Of a stretch of 64,000 nucleotides of DNA, positions 36,301-49,700 are shown piece by piece (position 1 is the first letter of the stretch; each line of letters opens with the position of its first letter). The notes beneath the pieces are model-generated. The model searched no databases. It saw nothing but the letters and a program-made list of their open reading frames with translations, and was not told the origin of the DNA. The translations under genes were made by a program, and so were the position numbers. Source of the DNA: Geosiphon pyriformis uo1 (lineage: Eukaryota > Fungi > Glomeromycota); assembly GCA_016748015.1 (NCBI GenBank), contig JAAOMT010000219.1, positions 114,436 to 178,435 of the forward strand, read 5' to 3'.

Positions 36301-38358
36301 AATCTATTATTATCTGCACAATATAAAAATAATTTATAAATTGATCATAGTTCTAATTAATAAAGAAACCCAAAAAAATTTCTGTCAAATGAAAGAAGCC
36401 AAAAATATCAAATATATTTTTGAAATTGCTAAATATAACTACAAAAATGAAGTTGAAACTTATCATTAAATTACAAGTCACATATATTTGATTAAAAAAG
36501 CTTAAATTCAACAATTAGAGCAAATAATATTCAATTGTGTAAAGAATATATCATGTCTTGTAACAACCAATAATGTTCAGAATGCTATGCCCTTAGCATT
36601 CTCCTGCTCAGTGAAAATAATGAACACAAAATTGAATTTGAAAAACTTAAACCAAAAAAAAATTACAACAATCTTAATCTATCTTATTAAAAATTAGCCT
36701 GCTATACAATTCAAGTATTTTGACAACAATGGTCAAAAAATCAAGTCAAAAAAAGCTTGCAAAATTAATACAAGATATGATTTATAATATTTAGACAAAG
36801 ATATCTTGATTTTCTAATCCAAGTCTCTAACAAAAATTAATCTTAGAATTGCTCTTAAAATATTATCAAGAGCAATAGTTCAAATTGCTTTCTGATTATT
36901 ATTGGTAAGCAAAGGAATCAATATTAAAAAAAATTATTAATGCAGAATACACTAGAGATATTATTATTATATTACAAAATAAAACAAAGAAACTATTTAA
37001 GATAAAGCATGCCAAAAAGATTGCTTAAGCAATTTATTTATTTTTAATTAACATTTTGAGTTTATAATCAGTTAATCAAAAAGAACAATTAGGCAAAAGT
37101 AATAAAAAAATCCAAGGTTTTGATTCAATTGAATGATTTACAGTTCTAATAAATATAGCTCTCAATGCATAAAATAAATTTTATCAGATTTTTTGATTTC
37201 TCCAACTAATTACTATATCATTTTTTAAAGAACATTATGAGATTTATATTTGTTTAAAACCAACTACCACTTAATAAATCTTTGAATCAAATAAACAAAT
37301 TTGTTTGAAATATAAAATCTTAATTTTAAATATTTATATTCCAAAAAAAATAAAGAAATTCTAAGTTACTTTTTATAATCCTAATAGCCACTTTATTATT
37401 TTATTAAATAAATTAGAAATTGGAATTATACATAGCAATATTTTTCAAAACAAAACTTCTCAAATTGTCTCTAATTTTATTGAAATTGTAAAATATACTC
37501 TTTTTCCAAATTCAAATATCTTGTTTATAACTAAAAACTACCATCTTATTAAAAAAAAACTTTCTCAAATCAACATGAATTCCTTGAAACCCTAACAACA
37601 AAGACAATTGAAACAATCAATTGCTAAATATGCTAATATATTCACCAAAAATAATAATAATTTAAGAAAAACTAATATTTTACAGCATTAAATTTACATA
37701 GAAAATGCTTTACTAAAATGTTAACAAGTCTATTAAGTCTCACTTGTTAGCCACCAATTTATTAAAGAAAAAATGCAATAAATGTTTAACAATAATTTCA
37801 TTTAACTATCAAGAAGTTTTTGAGTCTCATTAGTAGTTTTTGTTAAAAAAAAATGACAAAATCAAATTCTATGTAGATTATTATTAATTTAACAATATAA
37901 TAATTAAAGATATATACTCTTTTTTAAGAATTAACAATATGCTAAATATTTTTGGAAAAGCCAAGTTTTTCTCAACTTTAAACTTAGAAAATAGCTACTA
38001 ACAAGTTGAAATGAATTCAAAAAACCATTTTAAAACAGTATTTACAACACAAAAAAGAAATTACGAGTTCAATATTATGCTATTTAGATTTTGCAATACA
38101 TTAGCAACATTTTAAAAACTCATGAATATTGTTTATAAAAGACTTTTGTGGCAATTAATAGTTGTTTATCTCAATGATACTAATATATACTCTCTAAGTT
38201 TTAAAGCTTATCTAATCTATTTATAAGAAGTTTTTTAACAATTACAGAATGCAAAATTGAAATTAAATATCAAAAAATATTATTTTGAGAAACCAAGTTT
38301 AATTTTTCTTGAACACATTGTTAGCAAAGATAAAGTTTAATCTAATCTAAGAACAATT
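33400..38358 (+). pseudogene. A3 Gag-Pol remnant ending at the end of RT
   Basis: Colinear with A1/A2 through gag, PR, Cys-rich domain, dUTPase and RT (YLND), then jumps to the pre-ORF3 spacer. Confidence 0.85.
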
Positions 38359-38476
38359 AAAATAACTAATAAAAAATAACCAAACCAAAAATATATAAAA
38401 TCTCTATACACAAAAAAATATAATTTTTTTTATTCTTTCATTTTTACAAAATTTATTTAATTTTTATTCAATTTTA

Positions 38477-39178
38477 TAATACTTATTTCTTGAAACATTT
38501 AACAAATATCTCAAAAATTAAAGTTAGTTTTAAAAATACTCTTAGACTTATCTTTAACAATCAATAGAAATCAAATTAATTACATTAAAAAAAACTACAG
38601 CTTTAGTAATAAATAATTTTCATAAATATTACTCTTATAAAAGAAACACAAAAAGTTATTCTGAAAGTCAATTACCAGAACTTTTAAAGCAAGCTTTGAA
38701 AAAAAACTTATTGTTTACATCTATTAATATTTTCTTAAATGTTACAATACAACAAAAACTTCAAATGTGTCTTAATAAAAACAGTGAATATATTCCTAGT
38801 TATTAATATTTTCAAATTAAAAAAACACTACACCAACAAAATTTGGAATTTAAAGCAACTAATTTTATATGCAAAGCTATATAAAAGCAAATACACAACA
38901 AATTCAAGACAATAGCTGAACCAACAAATGTTTATTACAGACTTAGAACAGCTTTTAGACTCCATAACTTATTTAACACTTGTGAAAACATCCTACAAAA
39001 TTCAATACTTTAACCAATAAAAATTTAATATATTGGCAAACTCACAAAACTAAAATTTCAATTTTCAGAACAAATAACTTCAATAATATTGGACTACTAT
39101 TTTAATATTACAGAAAGTGCTTGAACTTTAATAGAGCTCAGTTTTGAAGAGAAAATTATGTTACCAGTAGAATTTTAG
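38477..39178 (+). pseudogene. A3 ORF3
   Basis: Colinear with A1 10796-11503. Confidence 0.7.
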
Positions 39179-40128
39179 TTATTAATTAGCATAAAATTAT
39201 CTTATAATTCCTATTATTAATTAGCATATATTATTATCACTTAAATTATCATTTATTATTTAATCAAAAAAATTATCAAAGATTGCTATTTAATTAATAA
39301 TCCAATTTGTACAATAGAAATTAGAATAACCAAATTACAGAATATACTGAATTATATAACATTCAAAATTTGCCAAAATTTGTAAAAATTTGCCAAAATA
39401 ATAAATAATTCACAAAAATAGTTAATAGTTTAATAAAATAACTTGTAGTTTATTAAAATATATCTTTAATTTGTCGAAATCATAGCAAAAAAAAAAGTTT
39501 GAGTTTATAAACTAATATTACAACAAGTTGTATAAAAAAAAAGCTTCTTTTTTCAAGAAAATATATCTTATTATTCCTTAGAATTATCTTATCTTAGATT
39601 TATTTTAATTAATACAATTCAAAAATAAAATATATTTTGAAAATCAATTCTTAAAATAAATATACTTAATATTCTCTGAAATTCAACTAATGTTTTGAAA
39701 TTGATTAGCTGCCAATTTCAGTAATATGTTAGCAATTTCAGGCCTGAATAAAAAATAATTCTCTTAACAAATTTTATTGTTTTTACATTTTTTTTATTTT
39801 TTTATTTTTTTTTTTTAATAATCATTAAGATAATTTGCAAACAAGATTTCTATAGAAGAGTTAATTTTTACAGCAAAGTAACTACACATTTTAGTAAACT
39901 TCCAAACAAGCAATTCCTAAAAAAAAATTGACATTTACTACAATATAATTATACAAAGTAACTAGTATAGAATTGGTTATTCCACTTATAAATGTAGCAA
40001 TTCAAATTATAAAAAATAATTTAAAGAAAATTCAATTATCGAAAATTTACCTACTTTTAAAGAATGTAAATTTACAGCAAATAGACATTAACAATATTCA
40101 AAAAAAAGATCAAAAACCTTTGATAACA
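39159..40128 (+). repeat. A3 3' LTR
   Basis: TGTTACCAGTAG...TGATAACA after the PPT GAAGAGAAAA. Confidence 0.92.
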
Positions 40129-40521
40129 ACATAAACAGCTTTAGAACTCTAATAACTTGGATTAATTGCTTTTAATCATAACAATTAACAATATTAATTC
40201 TTTTTCTTCTTTTTTTTATTTTTATTTTTTTTTTCTTGATTTTTTTTTTTGTAAAGCAGCAACATTAAAAATTAACTGTTTAGAAATAGACTTCATGATA
40301 GTTTGGTAAAAAAAGCTCTCTTTAGATTTAAATATTAATTTTATTTTGTTAACTTACCAGAAAGACAAAAAACAATCCCAGACTTTAGCAACTATGCTTA
40401 ACTAACTTGGAAAAAATAGCTTATATCTATAACTATAAATTACCAAACATATTTTTGTGTCTTATAACCAAAGAACTTTACAGTGTTATTTGATAAAAAT
40501 TAACAAAAATTAAAAATAATA
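40129..40521 (+). repeat. Probable 3' half of the family D LTR
   Basis: Decayed versions of B-LTR motifs (GATAGTTTGGTAAAA, AACTTACCAGAAAGAC, TGTTATTTGA). Confidence 0.45.
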
Positions 40522-41622
40522 TTATTATAATATATTAATTAATAATTAAATAACAGTATAAATAACACAAATTAACTAATAAAATTAAAAAATGTAATGT
40601 ATACACAATAGCATATAAAACATATACAATTATGTTTAATTTAATATAATTATAAACAAGTAAGCCAAAAAACACTTACAGTTATATAAAAAATTTAATA
40701 GCCTAATAATTATTTAGTAATCAGTTAAAATAAACACAATTATATATAACTTAAAATATATATATATACAATAACTTTTTAATTAAAAAAAAACAGAATA
40801 AAAAGTCAATTAAACAAAATAAAAAAAAGTAAAAAAATTAGATTATAATTTCAAAAAAAGCTAAAAAGTATGTCTTTTAAGTTTTATATTATAATATTTA
40901 CTAATACTAAAATTAGTGGAATTAAAGACTTTTTTTTTATAATTTAGATCACAAAAAGAACTGCTAAACTTTTTGTTGCTGCTTTTTATTATTAAAAACA
41001 ACAAAATATATAACATAACAATAAAACATGAATAAAATTCAAACTTGACAAAATTAAAAACATATTAAAAAAATAGCAATTATATATAATCACATAAAAT
41101 TTACTCATAGTAATACCTTAACCAAAATTAACAGTTAACTTAAAAATTCAGAATAAATTTTTCATGTTTTAAAACAATAATTTTTAATCAAGATTATTTT
41201 TGAATACTAATTTTGTTGAATTTTGTTTTTTTTTAATCTTTTTTAAATTTATTAGAAATAAAATATTATTTTATTACAAGCAAAAAAATACAGATATTTA
41301 ATATTAATGTAATATAAAAAATATATATTTATAAGAGTCTTAAAAAAAACACAATTAAAAATGTAAAAATATGACAAAAATTCTTCTTAGAGAATTAATA
41401 TAGTAGTAGCTATTAACAGCAATTTTGATGAAAAAATTATACAATACATTAAATCAAATAAAAGAGCACTTATTAGAAAAAATTATCTAATACTTGTTAA
41501 AATTAAAAAAAAAACTTATTAAATTAATCTTCAAGTTTTTAAATAAAAAAATTGGAATAATTTATCAAATAAAAATCTAGCATAAATCAAAAACCTTTAT
41601 CAAAACTAATATACTTATTTAT

Positions 41623-42584
41623 TGTTACCAAAAGTTTTTGGTCTTTTTTCTTGAATGTTGTTATTGTTGTTTTGCTATTAATTTTTAATTATTAAAAGCT
41701 GTTGAATCTTTAATAACTAATTTTATCTTTAAATTATCTTCTATAATTTGAATAACTGGATTTATAAGTAGAATGATCAATTTTATACCAATTACTTATA
41801 TAGTTACTTTGCAATAAAAGTCAACTTTTTTTTGAAATTGCTTATCTGAAAGTTCACTAAAAATATGTAGTTACTTTGCTGTAAAAGTCAACTCTTTTAT
41901 AAAAATTTTGTTTGTAAGCTATCCTAATATATATAATAAAAAAAATAAAAAAAAATAAAAAAAAAATAAAAAAAAAAATTTTGTTAAGAGAAGTGTTTTT
42001 TGTTTAAACTTGGAGTTACTAATGAATTACTGATATTGGTAACTAATTAATTTCAAAATTTTAATTGAGTTTTAGAGAATTTCAAATGCAAATAATTAAC
42101 AATTTTTGTTTTCAAAGTAGTTATTTTATTAATAAAAATAAAAAGCATTTTTAAAATAAGATAAGATTATTCTAAAGTAAAATATATTTTTTGAAAAGAG
42201 AAGCTTTTTTTTTATATAATTTATTGTAATACTAATTTATAAACTTGAACTTTTTTTGCTATAATTTCAATAAACTAAAGATATATTTTAATAAACTACA
42301 AGTTATTTTTATAAACTATAAATAATTTTAGTGTATTATTGAAATATTTCACAAAATTTTGCAAATTTTGGCAAATTCTTGATCATTATAGAGTTTAGTA
42401 TATTGCATGATCTGATTATCACATTTGTGTATTATATAAATTGGATTATTAATTAGATAGTAATATTTAATAATTTGATTAAATAATAAATAATAATTGA
42501 AATAATAATAATATATGTTAATTAATAATAGGAATTATAAGAGTAAATTTATGTTAATTAATAGTTAAAATTTTACTAATAACA
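41623..42584 (-). repeat. Solo family A LTR
   Basis: Reverse complement of the A LTR with both termini. Flanks TTAT/CTAC are consistent with a CTAC TSD after C>T changes. Confidence 0.9.
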
Positions 42585-43740
42585 CTACACATTACAATTA
42601 GATAATTTTTAGTATTATTATTTAATTTAAAGCCATATTAAAAATTAATTATAGTACAATTCTTAAAAAAAAACACCTATAATATTTGGTGCTAATTTCG
42701 AAGTTCAATTTTAATCTATTCAAGTTATTTAAATTTTAGCAATAATTAATTGTATAAATTAATAGATTAAAGTAATAAAACAAGCAATACTCATTAATTT
42801 TTTTAGTTAAAATCTATATTACTAATTTCAAAAAAAATTGAAATTATCTGATAATTGTTTCTTAGCTAAATCAATTTTTAATTACTATATGTATTATTAA
42901 ATTTAATACTTATTGAAGCAAAATCCAGAACTTTAAAAACAAAAATAAAATCTATATTAAAAATTAATCTTACATATTATATTATTTAGTACACAATTAT
43001 TTTTAATAACTTTAGTACAAATATACTAAAAAATTGAAAAATACATTCAGCAAGGTTTTCTATTTACTTTTAATAAAAACAAAAAAAAAGACAATAATCA
43101 AGATAACTATTAAAACTAAAAACTTTAGTATAAACATTTTATTAAAGAAACATGAATTAACAGCAAATATTAATCTTATTATATAAAAAATTTTAAGTTA
43201 TATTATCAAAAGCTTTATTCTATTATTTATTATTAAATAACTAAATTAATATACTATTAAGAATTATCTATTATAAAAACAACTTTTCAAACTTCTAACT
43301 ACATACATATTTTATTTGGAAAAAAATCTTCTAAAAAACTTATTCTAAGAAAATATTTGTCATGATTCTTAAATTCACTACTTTTACAACCAAACTTTTA
43401 GGCCACTTAAAAATTTAAACCTGAACTTAAACCTAAACTTAAACCTAAAAACAGCATACCAAAAAAAAACAAAAGAAGTTTTAAGTAAATTAAAACCAAA
43501 ATTTATAGTTTTTTTTATTCAAATATTTGTAAATTTTCAAAAAATATCTGCTTTTTATATTACAAAATTAATTAACTTTACTATAAAAAAATGCTTATAT
43601 GTAAATCAAAAAAGCACAAAAAACAATTCTAGTAAATAATTAGAATAAAGCTTAAAGCCTTTAAATCTTATTTTTTTTTAAAAAACACAGTTAATTTCTA
43701 ATATCAGAATTTAAATATTAAATTTAATACTTTTGTATAG
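42585..43740 (+). mobile_element. Family E Gypsy remnant: LTR end (~42684), PBS TTTGGTGCT, N-extension and start of capsid
   Basis: CCTATAATA|TTTGGTGCTAATTTCG; KIEKYIQQGF resembles family B EIKKYTKQKF; decayed YIAKL..F..NNW..FLKNT..W capsid at ~43545-43740. Confidence 0.6.
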
Positions 43741-44679
43741 TGTTACAGATGATTATTTGAAGTGTTAATATAAATAACAAAACCATAACTTGGTGCTTAA
43801 TAGTTTGTTGATATTGGTAAAACTAAAAGTTTTTGGAATCTAAAAGTTTTGATGGAGTTTTTTGTATAATAAATAAAAATTCAATAATTGTGTTAATATT
43901 TTTTTAGAGATTTATTCTGTGAATTTTTTTTTAATGTAATGGCTGGTTTAATTTGGCAGTTGTGTTTTTCTGATAAACTATCTTTAAATTTTTATTCTTA
44001 TTTCTGGATTTTTTATCAAAGTATTTTTAATGTCAAATACTTAGCACTTAATTTTTTTAATCAATTAGTAAACAACAAAATAAAATAAAATAAAATAAAA
44101 AAAAATAAAAAATAAAATAAAATAAAATAAAAAATAAAAAATTAGTATTTTGTCAATAGCTGTAATTATAAGCTATTAGTCCAGTATAGTTAAGTGTTGA
44201 ATTCTATTAACATAAAATATTAATAGAATAAAAATGATTAATATTTCTTAATTAAATGACAATAATATGAATTCAAATGATAATAAATATTTTTATTGAT
44301 ATGTAATTTGATTTTATTTTAAGTTGTAGAAAACTACTTTTTGAAGAGAGAAATATTGATTAATTAATTGATTGTTGGTGTTAATTCTGTTTTTTCTGCT
44401 TTTAATATTTTCACTATATATATATAATTTTTGTTATATAAAATATCATATTTTTTTGAGCAATGTGCCTTATTTTTTCTGACAATGTTCTTATTGCTAA
44501 ACAGTATGTTCTAATTTACTGACAATTTTTTTATTGCTAAACATTGTGTTATAATTTACTAGTAATATATCATAATTTTCTGATATTGTGCTTATTTGCT
44601 AAGTACTATTTTCTTATTAGTCTATTTTTTTTATTTGTTTTTCCTACTTTTTTTCTTTGTATTTTTTCTATAAGTAATA
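43741..44679 (-). repeat. B2 3' LTR
   Basis: Near-identical to 61516-62426; PPT (minus) at 44680-44693. Confidence 0.92.
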
Positions 44680-44694
44680 TTATTTTCTTCTTTA

Positions 44695-45330
44695 ATATTA
44701 AGTTTTATCAAAATCTTTATTTTGAATTAAGTCTATTACTTATTTTCTAATATTGTTTGTTTGATTTTATTTCTTATTTTTTTATATTAAGAGTTGTTTA
44801 TTTTTCTCTATTAGTTAATAATTATTGTTTTTATTTCTTGGTATAATAGCATTTCTGAATAATTTTGAAATATGGTGTGTAGTCAGTAAATTGTTTTAAT
44901 ATATAGTCTAGAATTTGTCTTTTTTCTAATAAAATTTTTAATCTGTTGTACTATTTCTTGATTAAATATTTTTTTGAATTTATCAATATATAATTCTTAA
45001 ATATTCAGCTTTTGTTCCAACTAATAATAACAGTATAATATTGGAAGTTGTTTTATTTATAGCTTCTAGTTTTTTTTAATTAGCTTCCTGTTGAAATTAT
45101 TAGTAATATTTTTCCAAAAGTGTTTTTTACTTTTTCTATGACTTTATCTAACTAGTGTTTTATTTGGTTTTGTGGTTGCTAATATAAAGTGTTTCTTATT
45201 TTTTTTTTCTTTTGGTGTTTTGATAGCAAATTGTTTGGTAATTAACGACAATTTTTATGTCTAATTGTTGTTAATTTATGGCCTAGAATAATTGTTGAGC
45301 CATTGTGTAAATGTGGTCTGAGATTTTTAT
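44695..45330 (-). pseudogene. B2 ORF3
   Basis: Minus strand reads (M)KISDHIYTMAQQL..., colinear with B1 ORF3. Confidence 0.7.
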
Positions 45331-45389
45331 TTTTTTTTATTGCTTTTGTTATGTATACTGTGTTTTTATATATTATTCTTGTAAATCAA

Positions 45390-46767
45390 TTTAACATGTT
45401 TGTGTTGATGATTATAATTGGTTCTAAATTTCGTAAAATTTTATCTGATTGGACTAGTATTCATTGTACTTTTAATTGTGAAATATTATTGGTAGATGAT
45501 AATACTATATTGTAATATAGTTTCAGTTAATTTTTATGTACTGCTTTAATTAAAATTTTGTTGTTCTATCTTAATTTATAAGTTTTATTTTCTAAAAATT
45601 TTTTATTGTAAATAGTCTATTCCATTTGGAATCAAATTTTTCACTCTATTGTTTTTTTGTTTTGGTATAATGTAAGAGTACTTTGTCTCTAATTCTAAAT
45701 TCGACTGGTTTATTAGATAATTGGTTATCATGTTGTTTTTTTTGTTTTGTTTGTGACTTTTATATATTATTAACTGCTCTTTGCTTTTTGTTTTTTAAAG
45801 TTTTTATTAAATTATATGTTTTTTTCAACAATGTTCTTTAAAAGTTGGCTTTTGTTATTGGTTTTGTTAGATATGTGTTGATATTTATTTCTATTAATAA
45901 TATTGCTGTTCTACTATAAACAAGTTCAAATAATATTGTTTGTGTAGTATTTTGCTTTATTGTCTAATAAGCAAATAATACTAATGATATAAACAAATCC
46001 CATTTATTTTGGTTTTTTTGGCTGATTTTGGCTATTACTTCACATAATATTCTGTTAAATCTTTTGACTAAGTCATTTGTTTGTAGATAGTATAGTGATA
46101 ATAATAGTCTTTTGATTCCAAATCTTTAACTTAATTCTGTTAATGTTTTTTTTACAAAGTAAGTTCTTTGATCTGATAATAATTTTTTTAAACATTTGTG
46201 TTGACAAATCAAATCTTGATAAACAAATTTGGCTACAGATTTTGTATCTGCTTTTTGAATTGCTTTTACTTCTGGCTATTTTGTAAAATAGTCTATGGTT
46301 ATTGCTATATAACAATTGTTTCTGCTGGTTATTGTTAATGGTCTGACTAAGTCAATTTCAATTCAATCAAATGGTTGTTTCACTTTGATTAGTCATAGTG
46401 ATTTATTAGATCTTGTTTCTCCTTTTTTTTGACAAGCATTACAATTTTGAATATATTGAATAATGTCTAAATATATGAATGATCAATAATATTTTTTTCT
46501 GGTTTTTTTTATGATTGCTTCTTTATAAAAGTGTTTTGCTATTAGATTTAAATACATATTAAATAGTATTGTTTCTTTTTCTGGTTTTGTGATTTTTCTA
46601 AATGGCTAATCTGAATATTTTTTGTTTTTTTAGTATAATATATTTTGGTAAGTGATAAAATATTTTGCTTGTTGTTTTATGTTGTTTTGTTCTTTTTGAG
46701 ATAATTTTTCTTTAAACTATTGGGTATTAATATAATGTTGAAGTTGTTGATATTTTTGTGTATTTAT
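45390..46767 (-). pseudogene. B2 integrase
   Basis: Reverse complement colinear with 17294-18669. Confidence 0.85.
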
Positions 46768-46787
46768 ATTTTTGGATTGAAATGTTC

Positions 46788-49700
46788 TTAAATTTGTTTT
46801 ATTTATAATAAACTGTTAGCATTTCTATTTTTTTTTCTTTTTTATAATGTATAGTATAATTAAATAATAATAATTTTATTTTCTATCTTGTATGATAATT
46901 GTTTTTAAATTTTTGCTTCTAAATTGATGTCAATCTTTTGTAATCAGTATATACATCAAACTTTTGGCTTAAGTATTTTTTTCATTTAACAACAGCCTAA
47001 TAAATAACTAAGTGTTTTAATATTAGGATTCTATAATTCTTTTCAACTGGACTTAAATTTCTGCTGGTATATGCTATTAAATGTTCTCATCTATCTGCTT
47101 TTTTTTGTGATAATACAACTTCCAATGCTTAACCAGATATATTAATAATAATAATGAATAGCTTGCTATAATCTGAATAAATTAGTACTAGAACTTAAAT
47201 AAGTTTTCTTCTTAAGATATTAAAAGCTTCTTGTTGGGTTTTAGTTTATTTATATTTAACATTTTTTACTTAAAGCTGGTAAAATAGTTGAACCAGTTTG
47301 GAAAAGTTTTGAATAAAATAACAATAATATCTAACAAATTCCAAGAATGCTCTTTATTCTATTAAATTGGTTGATACTAAAAAGTTTTTAACTATTTCAA
47401 TTTTGTCTGAATCTGTTTTAATGTTATTTTTGCTTATAATATGTCACAAAAACTTAAGTTCAGTTTTGCCAAAGAAGCATTTGGTTGTATTTAATTTTAA
47501 TTCAGCTTTTTTTAATCTTTCATACACTTATTGAAGATAATGAAAATAATTATCAAATATCTTTAAGAACATATTGGTGTTGTTCAAGTAGATTACTACT
47601 AATTTCTATAGCAGTCTAGTGTAGACAATTTCTATAAGTTATTAAAAGATAGCTGAAGTATTAGTTAAGCCAAATAACATAACATTAAATTCAAAGTTTT
47701 TTTCTCTGATTGTAAATACTGTTTTTTCCTTATCAGCTAGATTTATAACTACTTGTTAATAACCACTATTTAAGTCTAATTTTGAGAACCATTTCTTTTC
47801 TCCAAAAGCATTGAATAATTCCTAGATCTGTAAAATTAAATAGCTGTCTTTATGAGTAATACTGTTGAGTTTTTAATAGTTTACACAAAAGCAAATTTTT
47901 TTATTTTTTTCTGGATAAGTATTATTAATAATGACTATAGATTTATTGATAATTAAATTAACTTATTGTTCAACATTCAGTTGATTTTTTGTCAAATAAT
48001 CTTATGGCTGGCTGGTAGTACTTTGTATGCTCTTTTTTTGATTGACATTGTATTTTCAGTTTTGATCTGGTGTTAGATAATATCAGTTCTGCCAAATTTA
48101 TTTTTATTGACAAAAATGTTAAATAGTATTTTGAATTACATCTGTTGAAATAAGTTTAAGTTTTCCAAGTTTATTTGCTTTAACTGTTCTGATTATAGCA
48201 AATAACATTTTTCTTATCCATATATTGTTTGTGATGTGATATTTATGTATTTACAAAGCTGTAGAAAGTTTAAAATGGTAGTAGATGCTTGATTTTCAAC
48301 TTTAATGCTTAAGTATCTAATAATAGTTCCATTTGGTATTTCTATAGAGTTTTTTGTTATGTTGTAAATTAGAATCTTAATGTGTTTGTTGTTTTTAGCT
48401 AGTATATAGAAATTAATAATGGTAATCTCTTCTAATTCACAAATGTTTGCTTTCATTTCAAAAATTTGGGGTTGTTCTTTTATCTTTCTTTCTATAACTA
48501 TTATATATTGGTCATATAATAAAATAAAAATTAATTAATGAATGAAAATAATTTTTTTCTTATCAATTGTTTTTTTTTCTGTCATATTAATTGGTATATT
48601 TATTTTACTTATTAATTTGAATCTTTTTATCTCTCTTGCTGTAATCCCTAACTTTTCTCTTGTTTTTACTAATATTAACTAAGCTATTTTAACCAAAGGC
48701 AGAAATATTGTCTGTGCTATTTTTTTATTTGATTCAATTATGTATCTCTTTTCTGAGTTATTTTGTAGTATTACAATAATATTTTCTGCATATTCTGCAT
48801 CAATTATTCTTTTTCTGATATTAATTTTTTTTTTTGCTAAACTAAATCTAAAGATTAGTTGAACTATTGTTGTTGTTAGAATTTCTAATGCTATTTTTAG
48901 ATCTATACTGGTGTGTAAATGAGATTCCAATTTGATGACAGTTTTTTCTGAATATCTGAGATCAAATTCTGCATTAGTATTATGTGTATATTCTGGCATA
49001 ATACTTTTATCATTATTACTAAACCATTTTAGTTTTTGTTCTATTAAAAAATTTGAAAGTGCAATATATTGTTTAGAGTTGTAATTGGAGTTTGAATTAT
49101 TATTATCATTGCCATAGTGAACAGAATTGAAACCATTGTTGTTGTTATTATTAGAGTCTAAATTGCAATTGATTTTTGATTTCAATTTTGATGTATATTT
49201 GCTAATTGGTTCTTCTTTTTTAAAGATTAAATAGATTATGTATGATAGATAATTGTAGATAAAGTTACAATTACTACAGTATTCGAAATCATTGGAAATT
49301 AGACAATATTTACATAGTCTTGTGTTTAATTGTTTTAATCTTTGCTTTTGCTCTTTACAAATTAGTGCTAAGTCTTAATAGTGTTCATGGAATTGTTTAA
49401 AATTGTCCATAATATTGTCAATAAAGTCAAAAGTTAGAACAAATTCAGATTCAGGAAGTTTTAGTGAATTATTTTTGATTTTCAGTATTTCACTAGGTAA
49501 AGCACCTTTAGCTTTGGCATTTACTATTCTTTAGATTTCATGTTTATCATGTAAATATTCTTTGTCTCAGTGCTTGTTTTTAAATGACATTAATCAGAAT
49601 TTTTTTTTGTACTCAGTCATTGATTAGAATCATATATTGACACAATTTATCACATGTTTTTTCTTATCTAGGAATGTTGTTCTACATTTTTTTGTTAGAA

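Larger units (their letters stand above)
22593..40128 (+). mobile_element. Family A copy A3 (strongly decayed, RNase H-integrase deleted, hosts A2)
   Basis: 5' LTR is 22593-23549 plus 33340-33358, PBS at 33359, 3' LTR 39159-40128. TSD GCAT/ACAT differs by one transition. Confidence 0.88.

Noticed and set aside
44085-44140. (AAAAT)n microsatellite as an independent feature
   Set aside because: It is the slipped poly-pyrimidine tract of the B LTR, present in shorter form in the other copies.
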